64,000 bases of DNA from positions 1 through 64,000 of the forward strand of contig JAAILG010001372.1 in the NCBI GenBank assembly GCA_012026655.1, given 5' to 3'. Shown here piece by piece: positions 1 through 12,904 of this stretch. This DNA comes from Hydrolagus affinis. Its lineage: Eukaryota. Numbering within the stretch: position 1 is the stretch's first letter; the number at the start of each line of letters is the position of its first letter. Both the position numbers and the translations under genes were made by a program. The notes under the pieces were generated by a model. That model made no database searches and was not told where the DNA came from. It was given only the letters and a program-made list of their open reading frames with translations.

Positions 1-168
1 AATCCACGACTGTGTGTGGGACACTGCTGTGCGCAATTGGCTGCCGCGATTCGCCCACAAATATATACAGTCAATTCACTTTACAGTATATTCTGTGAAG
101 CGCTTTGGGACGTTGATAAGATGTGGAAAGCGCTATATCAAATGCAAGGATTATTATTATTATTATTA
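1..168 (+). mobile_element. Young tRNA-derived SINE (family A), 3' half with (TTA)n tail
   Basis: Near-identical to 26496-26663 and 50783-50927; ends gcgctatatcaaatgcaaggattattatt. Confidence 0.85.
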
Positions 169-729
169 TGTTTTAAAAAATCCTGCATTTATCTTATCTT
201 GTTTCCACATAGTACTGAGGCAGTGGTCAAAGTAAGGGTCAAATTAACTAGGGGGAACAAAAAATCTTACTGCAAATTACAGGATTTGGTGCATTGGGGT
301 CCTGTCTAGTTAAACCAGCTTGCCAATACAACCTCTGACTGGTAAAGAAATCCACCCCGTTAGCTTGCAGGATAACACATTGTGAGAATGAAGAACCCCA
401 GCCCAAATTACTCATCTATGCCTTCAGATCTGCTAAACAGTCAGGCTATTATCAAAAGTGCCTTCGGGCTGTGCAGACCTGCTTGGCTGGGCACAGGACG
501 ACCCAGGCACCGACTGGTGTTTTTAATGTAAACTTTATATCTGTGAGTGGCTACTGCCTGCTCGGAAACTGGCATTTCAATACGCAGTATACATGCTTCA
601 TCTCAAGTTGTTTTGAAACTGGCATTTTTGCTTTCCAACCACTTTCAAAGGCCTAGTCAGAGCTTCGCAAAATAAAAAAAATTTGGTACTGGCTTTGCTC
701 CCTCTCAAGTCTGTCCTTTCAAAGTCACA

Positions 730-1090
730 TTGAAAACTCTCCACGGCCTCGCCCCAACCTACATCTGCGACCTCCTAATCCCCCACCAATCTGCCAGCCT
801 CCTCTGCTCAGCAGGCTCTGGCTTGTCCCACGTACCCTGCCCCACCATTGGCGGACGAGCCTTCCACCACTCTGCCCCCAACCTCTGGAACTCCATCCCG
901 CTGTCCAGCCTTGAGCTCTCCCTGGCCTCCTTCAAGTCCCACCTCAAGACCCTGCTCTTTGACGGTCCCATCGGACATCCAAAATCCTCCTCTTTCCTCC
1001 AACCCTCCCTTTCCCCCACCCCAGCTTGGATCTGAAACAATGACTTTCCCAGCGCCTTGGGACGTCCTCCTAACGTGAGAGGCTCTATTC
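730..1090 (+). mobile_element. L2-clade LINE 3' fragment
   Basis: LHGLAPTYICDLL...IGGRAFHHSAPNLWNSIP...FKSHLKTLLF followed by the tail cagcgccttgggacgtcc. Confidence 0.85.
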
Positions 1091-4000
1091 CAGAGGAATT
1101 TTTTTTCATTGTTGTTGTCCTTGGCAATGAGGCTGTGACCTGTCTAAGTTCACAGGTGTGCAATCCGTGTGCTGTTCCTGGTAGTACGAAAATCCCAAAG
1201 TTAAATGGAGTGAAGATGCGTGCGCTCCCAAAACCCCATCATTGTTGCTTCCCTACCCCCACCCTGTGCTGCACATATAGATTGAAATTGGAATTTAATG
1301 AATAGCAGCAATTACATTCACAATACCTGCCAGAATATCAGTTTGTCTTCCCCTTGCCTGTGCAAATAGGAACTGCAGTCCAGCCTCCAAAGGGAGGAAA
1401 TCAATTTGCCAAAAAAAATCTATTTAGGAAAATTGACTGCTTCTGAAGAACTTTTACTGATGCTTTCAATGTGCTATGCAATGTAAAGCTATCAGGCCCT
1501 CCCCCATTTGTGACTGACTGTATTTGATCCTCTATATTAAATGCTGTCAACACCAGAAGCATTTTAGCAGTGGAAATGCAGAGCAGTAAACGTTTTACGT
1601 TATTGCAAGGGATAGAATGTGTTAATGTTCCATAAATGCCCACTGTAATTTGGAATGAGTGGTATTTTTTCTAGTCTTGACAAGACATTGTCAAATCTTG
1701 GTAAACAGATCTCGCCTAACAGATTCCCGCACAGCAATTCAATACTTGCGTATATTCTAGAATCTTTATAACAAATAAGACTTGTTTTGCTGCTCAGCCT
1801 TGTACTGAATGAGTCCATTGTTTGCTGAAGACTGTACTTATTCAGCAAATGATGGATAGCATCCATGTACTTGGACTGAGAACAGAGTATCAGATGGAAG
1901 CTTGCAGGTGCAGCAGAAGCCTGGATGTTAAAGAATCTGCTATTTGGAATGGGATGGTGAATACCTGCTGTGCTCCTTTTGCTTTCTGACATTGACGTGA
2001 CTTGGGGAAAATTGTCCTTTTTTTTTAAAAAGAAAGCAAAGGTCAAGTTAGGGCAAAGCATTGCGTTTACAAGGGCAACATTACAACAAAACTGTACAAC
2101 AATTGTGCTTTGAATGGACTTTTGTCTGAGAGGCTGTTGGCGCAGAACATTCGTGCTTGTGTTCTGCACCATTGCCGTGCTCGGACTCTTTCTCTTACGG
2201 TGAGTTTGCAATTTCTTGTGAAGTCGTAGTCAGGGCACTAAAAAAAACCTGTGGCAGGATGGAGTTAGTGACAAATAAATTTTTGCCTTGCAGAATTGAT
2301 GGAGCATCAGGAAGAAATTGTTTAACTATATTAGTCAAGGCAGTGAGTTTTTTTTAAAAATCAGAAAACAAAGTAAAATGTATTTATAAAGCTACTTCAT
2401 GATATTGCCAACCGTAAACTCAGTTAACTGAAAAATTAACTTTTCTGTTATCTTTGAGGTGGCAAAAAAAGTGTGTTATTTTACTGAATTTGGATAAAAA
2501 TTGTTTTTTAAAGAAATTCCATCCTGTATATTACTGTATCTTCCATGTTGAACTACAAAGTCTGAAGCAATCTCACTGTAAACGTTTTCTGCAATTTGAA
2601 ACTTTTGTTGTTATGGTTATTCTGAGTTGGAAACCTGTATAGGACCAGAAGAGTTTATCAAGCTACAGATTGTTTGCTTATCAGAGTTAAACAGATGGCA
2701 ATTTCTAAAGACTTTATGCTTTCTAGAATTCCAGTGGTTTTAAATAACAAATTCTGAGACAATTACTTTTAAAGAGCAGAGTATTAGGTAAGAAACATTA
2801 CGGTCACTGATATATCAGTGGAAAATAGTCCTGGAAACGTTGCCACACATATATTTTTTTAAAAAGTAGAAATGCTTAATTTAAAAGGGACCTAGTGAAT
2901 TCAGTCTGCTGAGTCATTCTGTAGGTATTTTTAATACCTTAGTTGCCTTTGCAAAGAATTTGAAGTTAATTAGTGTCACAGCAATATGTCAGGAGGGATA
3001 GGGGATTTTAAATTAAGGCAGAAATTGACAGATTGACAACATTGAAGTAGTTTGGAGGATGGCAGCAAGGCTTCAGCTCCAATACTGAATAACTGCTTAG
3101 TTTAATAAAAGTTCATGACAAGTTGTTAAAATCCTGGTCAGAGGACGTCTTCGTAGCTTGGTGCTGGAACCGATGGATGGATGACTTGTGCATGAGCAAA
3201 TGTTGTTGTTATGTTGTTCAGGGTGAATGCAATAGGAATTTAATTAGGAGAAACTCATTATGATGGACATTAATGATGCATTTATTTACAATGAGAGATT
3301 ACAGATATTCAATCATGCTTCTATAATTTGGGTATAAACGTGGAGATGTGGAGCAGCACTCTTTTTCAATCAGCAGATCTGACAATTTGAGTATGATAAT
3401 CTAAGGCAACAGGTTGGATGAATTTAAGATAAAGTACTAACTGAGCATCATTTTTGCCACCTTCAGACTGTGTCTCCTTGGAAGAACTAAAATGTTCTTC
3501 CATTGGCTGAAAATCATTTGCTCACAACCCAACAGAGCACAGAAACCTAAAATTGTCCGCAGCACTCTGAGGGTTAAATTATTTGGCTGAACTGGGTGGA
3601 ATGGAATTTATCTCTGAAAACATTATTGTGTTGTTTTATTCAGTTGTCTCTACAAACATGGAAATCTGTATTCGTTTTGTGTTTCACTATTTCGAATGGA
3701 GATAAACTGGGTTGACGATTGGAACAAAATGTATTTTCCATCACTGGCACTTTTCCGAGACTAAACAGAATTTTAAATTGTATTCAAACTGGGAGCTATA
3801 AGAATTTAGAAAACCATGCAGAATAGCTTGACAATTAAAAACAGCTGGACAGGAGCAGTTTGACTTTTGTGTTAAACGTTTGGCCCATTTCTTCTCTAAT
3901 TTCCATGGTGAAATTATAGATGGTGATTTGAGGTTTTCATTAGTTTCCCCAATTCTCTCTCGTCTTTTGAAGGTGTACCAAAGAAAGGTGTAGTATTTTC

Positions 4001-5320
4001 TTATTCTCTCATTTCCATCTGTCTACACATGCCCATCACTTGCTTCCTCGTTCACTCTTTTCTAAACAATCAAACAGTTATCTTAACTCCAATGGAGAGA
4101 GGCTGATGATTGCTCTCTTGCTCTCAGGAATTGTCCTCTGCTGCAGTGGCTGACGGCAACTGAATTGGGGTTTCTGTAAAGCTGGGAGATGTGATGACTC
4201 TACCTTTTCCTTCTTTATTATTAAAAAGCCACTTGAAAACAGCTCTTCCACCACAAGTTACTTTCACTGAGCAGGTTTGTGCCTTTTGACCTGCACTCAG
4301 GGCTCATACCATGTGGTACTAGTCGAAGGATAGTGGTGTAACAGACCTCAACAGAGGATATCCTACTGCAGATAGTGTGGGTCCAATATAAAACATTTTA
4401 GCTGGGACTAAAAGTAAACCCAATTCACTAGTTTCAGAAACACCCAAGTGAACAAGACAAGAGGGTACAAGACAAGAAATGGTTTGATGCTGTAACAAGA
4501 AGACAGTAGGGTGGGTGTTCTGGAAGGATGAGATCAAATGGGCTAACTAAAGAGCCTTCTTCATAAAATATCACTTGTGATGTTGTGAGTTTTTGATGGG
4601 AAAGAAAACTAAAATGTATTCTCATTCTGGACAACGCATTTGAAAAATAACTTTCATGTATTGTTTTTCTTATTTTGTTTTATTTATTAAATTCCATTGA
4701 TAGGATTTTTTTTAAAAAATGCATTAAAAAAACAATGTTAGCATTTGTGTCAAACCTTCCATTCTTGAGAAATTACTTAAGTTTTATCGATTGAGGAAAT
4801 GTATCTGCAACTGTTGGTTGCCTTGAATTAGAATTTGTATTCCATCTTACAATTCTCCTAATTGCATGGCATGTGACTGATTGGAAGTTCATATAGACCT
4901 CTTAGAGCTGAAGTTGCTGAGTTAGGGCAATTTGTGAGGTGAGTCAGTGTCCGTTGGGAGCAGAACATGATAGATGGTTCATGTTTCTTTTGCAACCTTG
5001 AGAGCCATTAGATAAGGCTTGTATTTCACTCAGCCTTGGCTTGGAACTCTGACAGTAAACATCAAATGGCCCATTACACCACTGAGTCAGCCAGAGTGCT
5101 GCGCTTGGGGATCTAATCTGAAAGGTTATTTTTCAAAATCTGGAAGTAATTTTTCAACAAGTCTTCAATTTTCAAGCCATATTTCCAGTGTGATCATTCA
5201 AGGAAGCCCCCTCCCTCCTTAAATGAATGGAAAGGTACACTGATGTTATACTCAATCTTGACAAGACAAATAAATTACTGACGGGAGGAACAGAAAAGCC
5301 TTCTCAAGAAGGATGGACTT

Positions 5321-5438
5321 AATAATAATAATAATAATCCTTGCATTTGATATAGCGCTTTTCAAACATTTGCCCAAGGTTTCGCCCTGATCTGCGCTTG
5401 TAAGGCGAGTGCTCTAACCACTGAGCTACAGGACTCCA
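5321..5438 (-). mobile_element. Internally deleted family A SINE (head plus tail only)
   Basis: (TAA)n tail joined directly to the tRNA-like head ggagtcctgtagctcagtggttagagcactcgcc. Confidence 0.8.
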
Positions 5439-6104
5439 CTTGCTACAAGGAATGATGCCACATTACCAGGACAGTAAGCATTGAGCAAGGTCAAGCAGTA
5501 CAATAAACTTATACAAAAACGCCTGTGTTACCAGTGCAGAATGTTCAAATGTTTACTTTCTACAGCTGATCATCTCTGGAATCCAGAATAGGGCTACATT
5601 TGTCAGTGCAGAGTTTGAGCTGAGTTACATTTTGAATTCATGATGGTAAGATTTTTTTTAGGTGAGAATTAGTGTCAGGTACATATTTTTACCAAAACAA
5701 AACTAATGATGCACTGTAAGTAATTACGGAATAAGTAGAGTACAGAATTGGTTAAAAATAGCTCATGTTAAACTGATGAATTGTCTTGCAGGTTTATAAT
5801 TACAGAACACTGGTTTAATTTTGTTGCCATGCTCATTTTATTTGTATTGTTAATAATTTTGTGTGATTTGCAATGATAGGCTGCTACCTAAGTTACCTAT
5901 ATTTCAAAGATGAAAGTGCTAAATGAGAAAAAAAAAGGATTTCCAAATGAATACTTGCCCATTCCGATGTTTAACAAATTCAGTAAATGGTACCTTATTA
6001 TGAAATCAATCTGACAACATATACTTAAAAACACTTACCTGTGGACGTCTGACCAGGATTTCATGACATCCCCTCAAATATTTTGTTCTAATATACTGTG
6101 TTGT

Positions 6105-6420
6105 TAGTGTATTGTTTCCAGTTTTGGTCACCCCAATTTAGAAAGGATGTCAAGCCATAGAGAGGATACAGGGGAGGTTTGTAGGATGATCCCACGGATG
6201 GGTGATTTGATCTATGAGCAGAGAGTGGAGGAACTGGCCCTAATTTCACTAGAACAGAGAAGGTTGAGGTGAGAGACCTGATAGGCACTGGATATCTAAA
6301 ATAGAACAATTTGAAGGGTTATGGGAGGATGGGGGAAGGTAAGTAAATGGGACTAAATGGATTGCTCTTTTATAAACGCAGAGCAAACACGATCAGCTAA
6401 ATGGCCACCTCTGTGCCGTG
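6105..6420 (+). mobile_element. Decayed CR1-clade LINE 3' fragment
   Basis: YCFQFWSPQFRKD-like RT end and a CR1-type 3' UTR. Confidence 0.6.
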
Positions 6421-7994
6421 AATTGGTATGGTTAATAAGCATTTTCCGTGTTGGGAATAGTATTCTAATGAGTCTGTTAGAAATTCAGGTTTGCTTTAAT
6501 TATAATAATAATCATAAGGCATTCTTGCTTAATTATAAAATGGTCCTTGGGAAGTTAGCATTTTGACAATGCGTATACCGTACAGTGTTTGTCCTGGGCT
6601 TTGGCATAAACACAGCATGAAACGTAGGACCCAGGTCCTGGGATTACAGTTGTGTTAATATAAAACCTGGAAACCTCTAACCTCTAACAGTTGTGTTTAC
6701 ATAAAACCTCTCATGATGAGATTGCTATATATTTATTGTTGAAACTGAAAAGAACATAATCTTCTGCTATTTCAAAACTGCTCTGGCATTATTGACTATT
6801 GATAAATCATTGAAGCAAGAGAAAGTCTTTCTTGCCTATATGGTGAATATATACAATGCTATAGCCTCTCGGATAAATTACGAGCAGAAAGATCGTAGTT
6901 TGAAATAAATATGATTTTGTTTATGAGATCGCGATGAATCTAATCAAGATTTGTAAATACTGTACTATGATTTACAAAGTAAATAGTAAATCTATACTTA
7001 ATTGTTTGAGTGGTATATAGGAATTAATACTTTGTTGAACTTCATATTACTCCTACTTTTTCCACAATGATGAAAATATTAAAATATTGAATGCATGCTG
7101 CAATGTAAAAGCAATGGACTGTTCTAAAGCAAATAGGCCTCTTTTTGAGAAATTTGCGCATTATAATGAACAGTAACGACCAAATAACATGCTGAGGTTT
7201 GTATTTAAATTGCGCTACTGAGGTTTGTGTTTTCTATAGTGATTTTGAAAAGCATAATATAAAAGCTAATGTTCTCTACCCTTTTTGTTAAGTGTTCCCA
7301 GCATCTCTTAACTTTTTTTTTAGATGAAGCAAAACACAAATCTTGATTTGTAATGTGTAATTGTCCTGTTTCAACAATCCAATGCTTTTATCTAAAAACT
7401 AAAATAATTTACTCCAAATATTGTAAAATCTGTACCTCTGTCTGCCTTTCTACTGTCTGTCATAAATGACAGGTCGTACTTGGTGCACTTAATGCTTTTC
7501 CAATTTGGCTAGCGTTAGTTATGTTTTCTTGCATGTTTCTTAATTACTTATTTCAATCTTGTCTTTCTCTCTCTTACCTCCCTCACTGCAGAGTTGCTGC
7601 TTTACTTATTCTGTAACAGCAAATAATTGTTGCATTGCTCAGTAGATGAGCTGAAACTGGTAATAATTGTGTATTATTACTGTGCACAATCATTCTTCTT
7701 TCATAAAATAAACTGAGTGGGACGAAATTCTTCTTGCCACTAAGGATAATGACTTTTGACAAGAGTGCCCTTATAATAGGCTCGGCTGTAATGTCCTTCC
7801 CACCTCTGCTCCCTCCACTGCCAATTAGTCTGCTGACATTCACAGTCAAAGCCTACATGTGAATAATGATCACTTGACTGTATAGTGCCTATGGAATTGT
7901 GTTTCACTTTACTGTAGTAAAGAAAACCAAATTAATCTGTTCGTAGAAGTCATCTCCCACCTAAAAAGGTTAAACTCAACTATCCTTTCTACTC

Positions 7995-8240
7995 ATATCC
8001 ATCTCACGACCCACTCTGCCTTCCCCCACCTCCGCAACATTGCCTAGCTCCGTATCACACCATGAGCCCCGAAACTCCCATACCTGCATTCATAACATCC
8101 AGGCTTGACTATGCAAACTCCCTGTTTGTCGACCTCTCCAACTTCTCCCTCCTTAGGCTTCGGATCATCCAGAAATCTGCGGCTCATGTCCTCTCCCGCA
8201 CCAAGTTCTGTGACCCTATCATTCCCGTCTGCCATCCTCG
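7995..8240 (+). mobile_element. L2 LINE RT fragment
   Basis: AFITSRLDYANSLF...IIQKSAAHVLSRT. Confidence 0.8.
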
Positions 8241-8444
8241 CTGAAACTGATGGAGCAAATGTTTCATTTGCCACAGCATTTAAAGTTAAAACAACCTTGA
8301 TCTTTTATTTGGAACTAGGCTGGGAATTGTGGAGGTATGATGCACTTGTGTGAGATTCTGCAGTATTTATATTACAACAAGAGCTTCTTTTGGGGATCTT
8401 GTTGTCCAACTGTTGTGAGGAGAAATTATAAATAGCATTATACT

Positions 8445-8630
8445 CACTCAGTGCCTTGGGACGTCCTCCCGACACGAAAGGCGCTATATAAATGTAATTA
8501 TTGATTGATACTCCTTGGGGCTCTGTTGTTGTTGAAATCCTTTGAAATATTTTACATATTTAACATCTCAGCGCCTTGGGACATCCTCCCAACGTGAAAG
8601 GCGCTTTATAAATGTAATTTTGTTGTTGTA
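8445..8630 (+). mobile_element. Two very short L2 3'-tail insertions
   Basis: Two copies of ctcagYgccttgggacRtcctccc..gaaaggcgct.tataaatgtaatt about 120 bp apart. Confidence 0.75.
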
Positions 8631-8943
8631 TCCAAAACACATCAGTTTGTGAGTACAGTACAACAAATCTCTTTTGTGTCAAATTTAAGTTTCATATGTT
8701 TTATTTAATCCCAGTGCAAAAATTAGACTCACTATTTCACACATTTTTGCGATTGTAGTTTTGCCTTGTCACTTGTGGTGTCATCCTTTGGATTTTACTA
8801 TATTTTCCTGCAAACAAACATGGTTTCTAGTTTGCTGGGATCAGACAAAATATTTTTTCTCCCAAGGCAGTTTTGAATTAGATTGAGTGCATGAAACGAT
8901 TTCAGTGTTATAATTGATCTTTATATCTTATTGTCTTTTGCAG

Positions 8944-9257
8944 GTTGTCTAAAGTGTCCCAGGAGTGAAAACCTGATCATCTGGTACAGCGAGGAATTTG
9001 GAAAAACTACATTTCTGGATAAACGAGAGTGCTGCCCGTAGTTTCTTCAGCATGACCTCCGTCCCCCTGTTTTTGGTGATGAGTAGTGTGCCGATCAAAG
9101 CGTGAAGGGAAATGAGAGCGATGGGATTGCTTTGTCACGGTCACTTAGAATAAATGGCCTTTAAAGAGCGGGTGGAATGCTGCTTGCCGCTGTTACTGTT
9201 GCTGCTGTGTAGAGTTCCGTGGGACGCATTCACATTCAAAACGATCCAGTGCTCACA
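8944..9257 (+). promoter_or_regulatory. NDST2: 5' UTR part of the first coding exon of NDST2, with six upstream ATGs
   Basis: Pyrimidine tract and acceptor (ttattgtcttttgcag) end at 8943. ATGs at 9052, 9079, 9112, 9121, 9154 and 9177. Confidence 0.7.
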
Positions 9258-10250
9258 ATGGTTCATTTTTGGAAATTTGTAAGGAATTTTCGGCAGCTGG
9301 AGCTGCACAGGTTGATCTTATTGCTGATAGCATTTAGTTTGGGGTCCATGTGTTTCTTGGCTTATTATGTGACCAACAGCCCTAAGATTAAGGAGGCCCC
9401 GCCTTTACCTTTCAGCGATTGCAATAACCAGCACAGAAACCCACTTCCACTTCAGTCAATCCGGCGGTTCATGCCATCTGTGGACACATCAAGAACTGAA
9501 CCCGTGGTCCTGGTTTTTGCTGAAAGTATTTATTCTCAACTAGGACAAGAAATTGTGACAATTTTGGAATCAAGCAGGTTTAAATACAGGACAGAAATAG
9601 CTCCTGGTAAGGGGGATGTGCCCACCTTAACAGATAAAAATCACGGTCGATACGCTCTCATAGTATATGAAAATATCCTGAAATATGTGAACCTGGACGC
9701 CTGGAACCGGGAGCTGCTAGATAAATACTGTGTGGAGTATGGTGTTGGAATTATTGGTTTCTTCAAAGCCAATGAAAACAGTTTGCTAAGTGCTCAACTC
9801 AAAGGTTTTCCTCTATTCCTGCACTCAAACCTTGGTCTGAAGGACTACCACATCAACCCAAATGCCCCCCTGCTTTACATAACCCGAGCCAATGAAGTGG
9901 AGCAGGGACCATTACCGGGAGATGACTGGACTGTATTTCAGTCCAATCACACCACGTATGAGCCGGTACTTTTGGCTAGTACCAAGTCGGCAGAGTCTAT
10001 TCCTCATCTAAGTACACACAAAGCATTACACGCAACTGTAGTCCAGGATCTAGGACTGCACGATGGGATTCAGAGGGTTTTCTTTGGAAACAACTTAAAT
10101 TTCTGGTTGCACAAGTTAATTTTTGTGGATGCAATAGCATATCTAACAGGGAAACGACTGTGTTTGCCTCTGGACCGATACATGTTGGTTGACATTGATG
10201 ACATCTTTGTAGGAAAAGAAGGAACTAGGATGAAGGTCTCGGATGTTGCG
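9258..10250 (+). CDS. NDST2: NDST2 coding exon 1 (type II TM anchor, N-terminal domain, DIDD motif)
   Basis: ATG at 9258 ([31 protein letters not shown]...[22 protein letters not shown]); donor GCG|gtaagg. Confidence 0.96.
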
Positions 10251-10752
10251 GTAAGGAATCCGGCTCTTATGTTTGCAGATTAATAAATGGTAACTGTTAG
10301 AAGTTTTGATCATGATCATTCAATACAATGACAGAGTAAATCTATGCCTAAGTTACAAAGAGAGCAAGACATCTCCACAGAGGAACATTTGCAAAATCAA
10401 TAACCTGTTTGTTTATTATGATGGATTAATTTTGTATCTGTTTGAATTGAAATGGCGTTTAAGTAAGCTGGAAGCTTCTTGTTGTGGATTCAACTCTGGG
10501 CAGAATCTGCCCCTCCAACAGCAATTTAGAAAAGAGAACACATACATCAACAGTTTCCAAATACGCAAATGTTACTTACTGATATCTCAGAAAGATCCAG
10601 TCATGTGAAAACTGCTCAGCAATACCTTTTCAATGTTCTCATGGCAAAGATTGATTATGCAAGGAACCACATGTTTAGAAATGTCCAACTAAATGGCACA
10701 TTTTGTTGGGTTGCCAATTTATCTTCTACTTCGTTACAAAGTGCTTGACTTA

Positions 10753-11668
10753 ACAACAATAACCACTTAAACTTATAAAGCGCCTTTCACGTCGGGAAGA
10801 CGTCCCAAGGCGCTGCACAGGAGGCATGTGACCCGAGCTGGGAGGGGAGTGGTCGGGAAGGGGTGAAACACGTAGGGGAGGTCGAAAAATTCGGTGGGGA
10901 ACAAAAGGCACGGTCGAAGAGGAAAGTCTTCAAACCGGCCTTGAAAGAGGAAAGGGAAGAAACAAGGCGGAGGAATTGGGGGAAGGAATTCCACAGGGTG
11001 GGAGCGGAGAAACTGAAGGCCTGGCCTCCGATGGTGGGGCGGTTCGGGCGGGGGGCTTGGAGCAGGCCAATTCCCGCTGAATGGAGGGTCCGGGTGGGCT
11101 TATAGGGGGAGAGTAGATCGGTTAAATAGGGCGGGAAAAGGCCGTGTAAGGCCTTGAAGGTGAGGACAAGGATCTTGAACTCGATCCTCTGGAGGATGGG
11201 GAGCCAGTGGAGACGGGCGAGGGTGGGGGTTATGTGGTTGCGGAGGCGGGTGCGGGATAGTACACGGGCTGCAGAGTTTTGGATGACCTGCAGCCTGTGA
11301 ATGGAGGAACTGGGGAGGCCGATGAGGAGAGAGTTTCCGTAGTCCAGTTGTGAGGTGATGTATGCGTGCACGAGTGTTTCGGCAGCGTGGGGGGTGAGAT
11401 AGTTGCGAAGCCTGGCAATGTTGCGTAGGTGGAAATAAGCGGTGCCGGTCAAGGCACGGATGTGGGGGAGGAAGGAGAGTTTATGGTCAAACATGATGCC
11501 GAAGTTCCTGACTGGCTTTGTGAGGTGGAGAGTACAGCCTTGGATGTTGAGGCTGGCAGCGCCTGATGTGCGGAGGCGCTGGCTTGAGCCAATCAGGAGG
11601 GCCTCGGTCTTGCTCACGTTCAATTGGAGGAAGTTGTCCCTCGTCCAGGACTCAATGTCGGACAGACA
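10753..11668 (-). mobile_element. 5'-truncated L2 LINE with an uninterrupted RT C-terminal ORF (278 aa)
   Basis: SWTRDNFLQLNVSKTE...YFHLRNIARLR...LDYGNSLL...LHWLPILQRIEFK...LWNSFP; possible target-site duplication gactta at 10747 and 11669. Confidence 0.92.
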
Positions 11669-12904
11669 GACTTAGTTAGATCACTATTGTTATACTGTAT
11701 ATATCTGCTGCAAAAGCCTGCAACAAATCATTATTGAGTGATATAAATTAAATGAATATGGACCAGGTCCTTAGGAATTCATTAAGACACCGAGATGGAA
11801 GGGGGTGAGTCCTCTTCTCTCCTCCTCCCTTACACCAATGAGTTTACCCTTAAAAATGCAAAATAATGAAACAGGTTAGCTTAGTTGACCTCACTGCATG
11901 TTTACAAAAGTGGATATTATCCTCTGTGTTGGAGTTTGTGCTGGTATGCAGCAATTTAATTTATTTTAAGTGTACTACAATTACTTTGCTACTGTGTAAC
12001 ATAAAGCCGTTTCTAAATCTAAACATACATTAGGCCTATAATTAGCAGAGTTAGCATTGTAAAGTGGTCTTGAAAAACCCATCTAGAGCACTCGTAATGT
12101 CACTCCCTCTCCGATTGTGATGTTTGTTCACAAGAGTACGAGAGAGGTTTGGATAAAGATGCCCTTCATCTTACTTGATTTAATCCTTTCAGAATATCCA
12201 CTCTACTGTTTTCCCATTGCAGCATTTTGTCTTCTCTTAATGAGTCTAGAGCCTAGGCTTCAATCAGCTTTCCCGGTAAACTGTTCCATATTGATTATTC
12301 TCTTGTCTACAGGAATATTCCTGTTGTATGTCCTGAACTTGCCCTTCACAACCTTGAATTTATCTCTGCTTTCCCTACTGCCTTGTCATTTTGTTTGCTT
12401 ATATCAATGTGTAGAATCCAATATGTGCTCTGTGTTTATACAGCATGAGAATGCCAGAATCCCTTTAGTGCTGGTTTTTTTAGCAGTAGGATAAACTTTA
12501 ATTCCAAGTGATGAAACAGACACTATACACGAAGGAAGCCTTCCTCACAAGGTAGACATGAAGATTAATGGAAGCTAAAATCCAGACCCTGTTTGATTAA
12601 TGGCTTCATATATTCTCTCATACTGACAAATTGCTGTGATATCATTGCTATAAATGGACCAATTTAGCAAATGTCTTTTGAGGATATTACCCATGTTTTA
12701 ATAATCGGTTCAGTGTTAGAAGTATCACAATATACTGCGTTTTTAGAAACTACAGTACAGTATTGTGTTTTTCAAAAGAAGTATTTTTTTTAGCTGCAGG
12801 ACTATTATGTTTGAAGTTGTTTTCCTTCGACTTCAGGTGCCTCAAATTTTAAAATGAAAATCTTCAAACCAAGAACCTTTTATAGATTCTTTAGTGTTAA
12901 ATAT

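Noticed and set aside
1600-2211. 203-aa minus-strand ORF
   Set aside because: No recognisable domain or splice context; likely chance.
2100-4945. Candidate non-coding upstream NDST2 exons ending at strong donors ACG|gtgagt (2199) and GAG|gtgagt (4938)
   Set aside because: An upstream exon must exist, but these cannot be told apart from chance donors without transcript data, and there is no CpG island.
9219-9257. N-terminal extension of NDST2 from GTG at 9219 in the ORF track
   Set aside because: The ATG at 9258 aligns with the known NDST2 start; nothing supports non-AUG initiation.
10787-10900. L2 ORF running into the conserved 3' tail (APWDVFPT*)
   Set aside because: The C-rich UTR has few stop codons and other copies reach the tail in different frames, so it is not evidence of a conserved extension.
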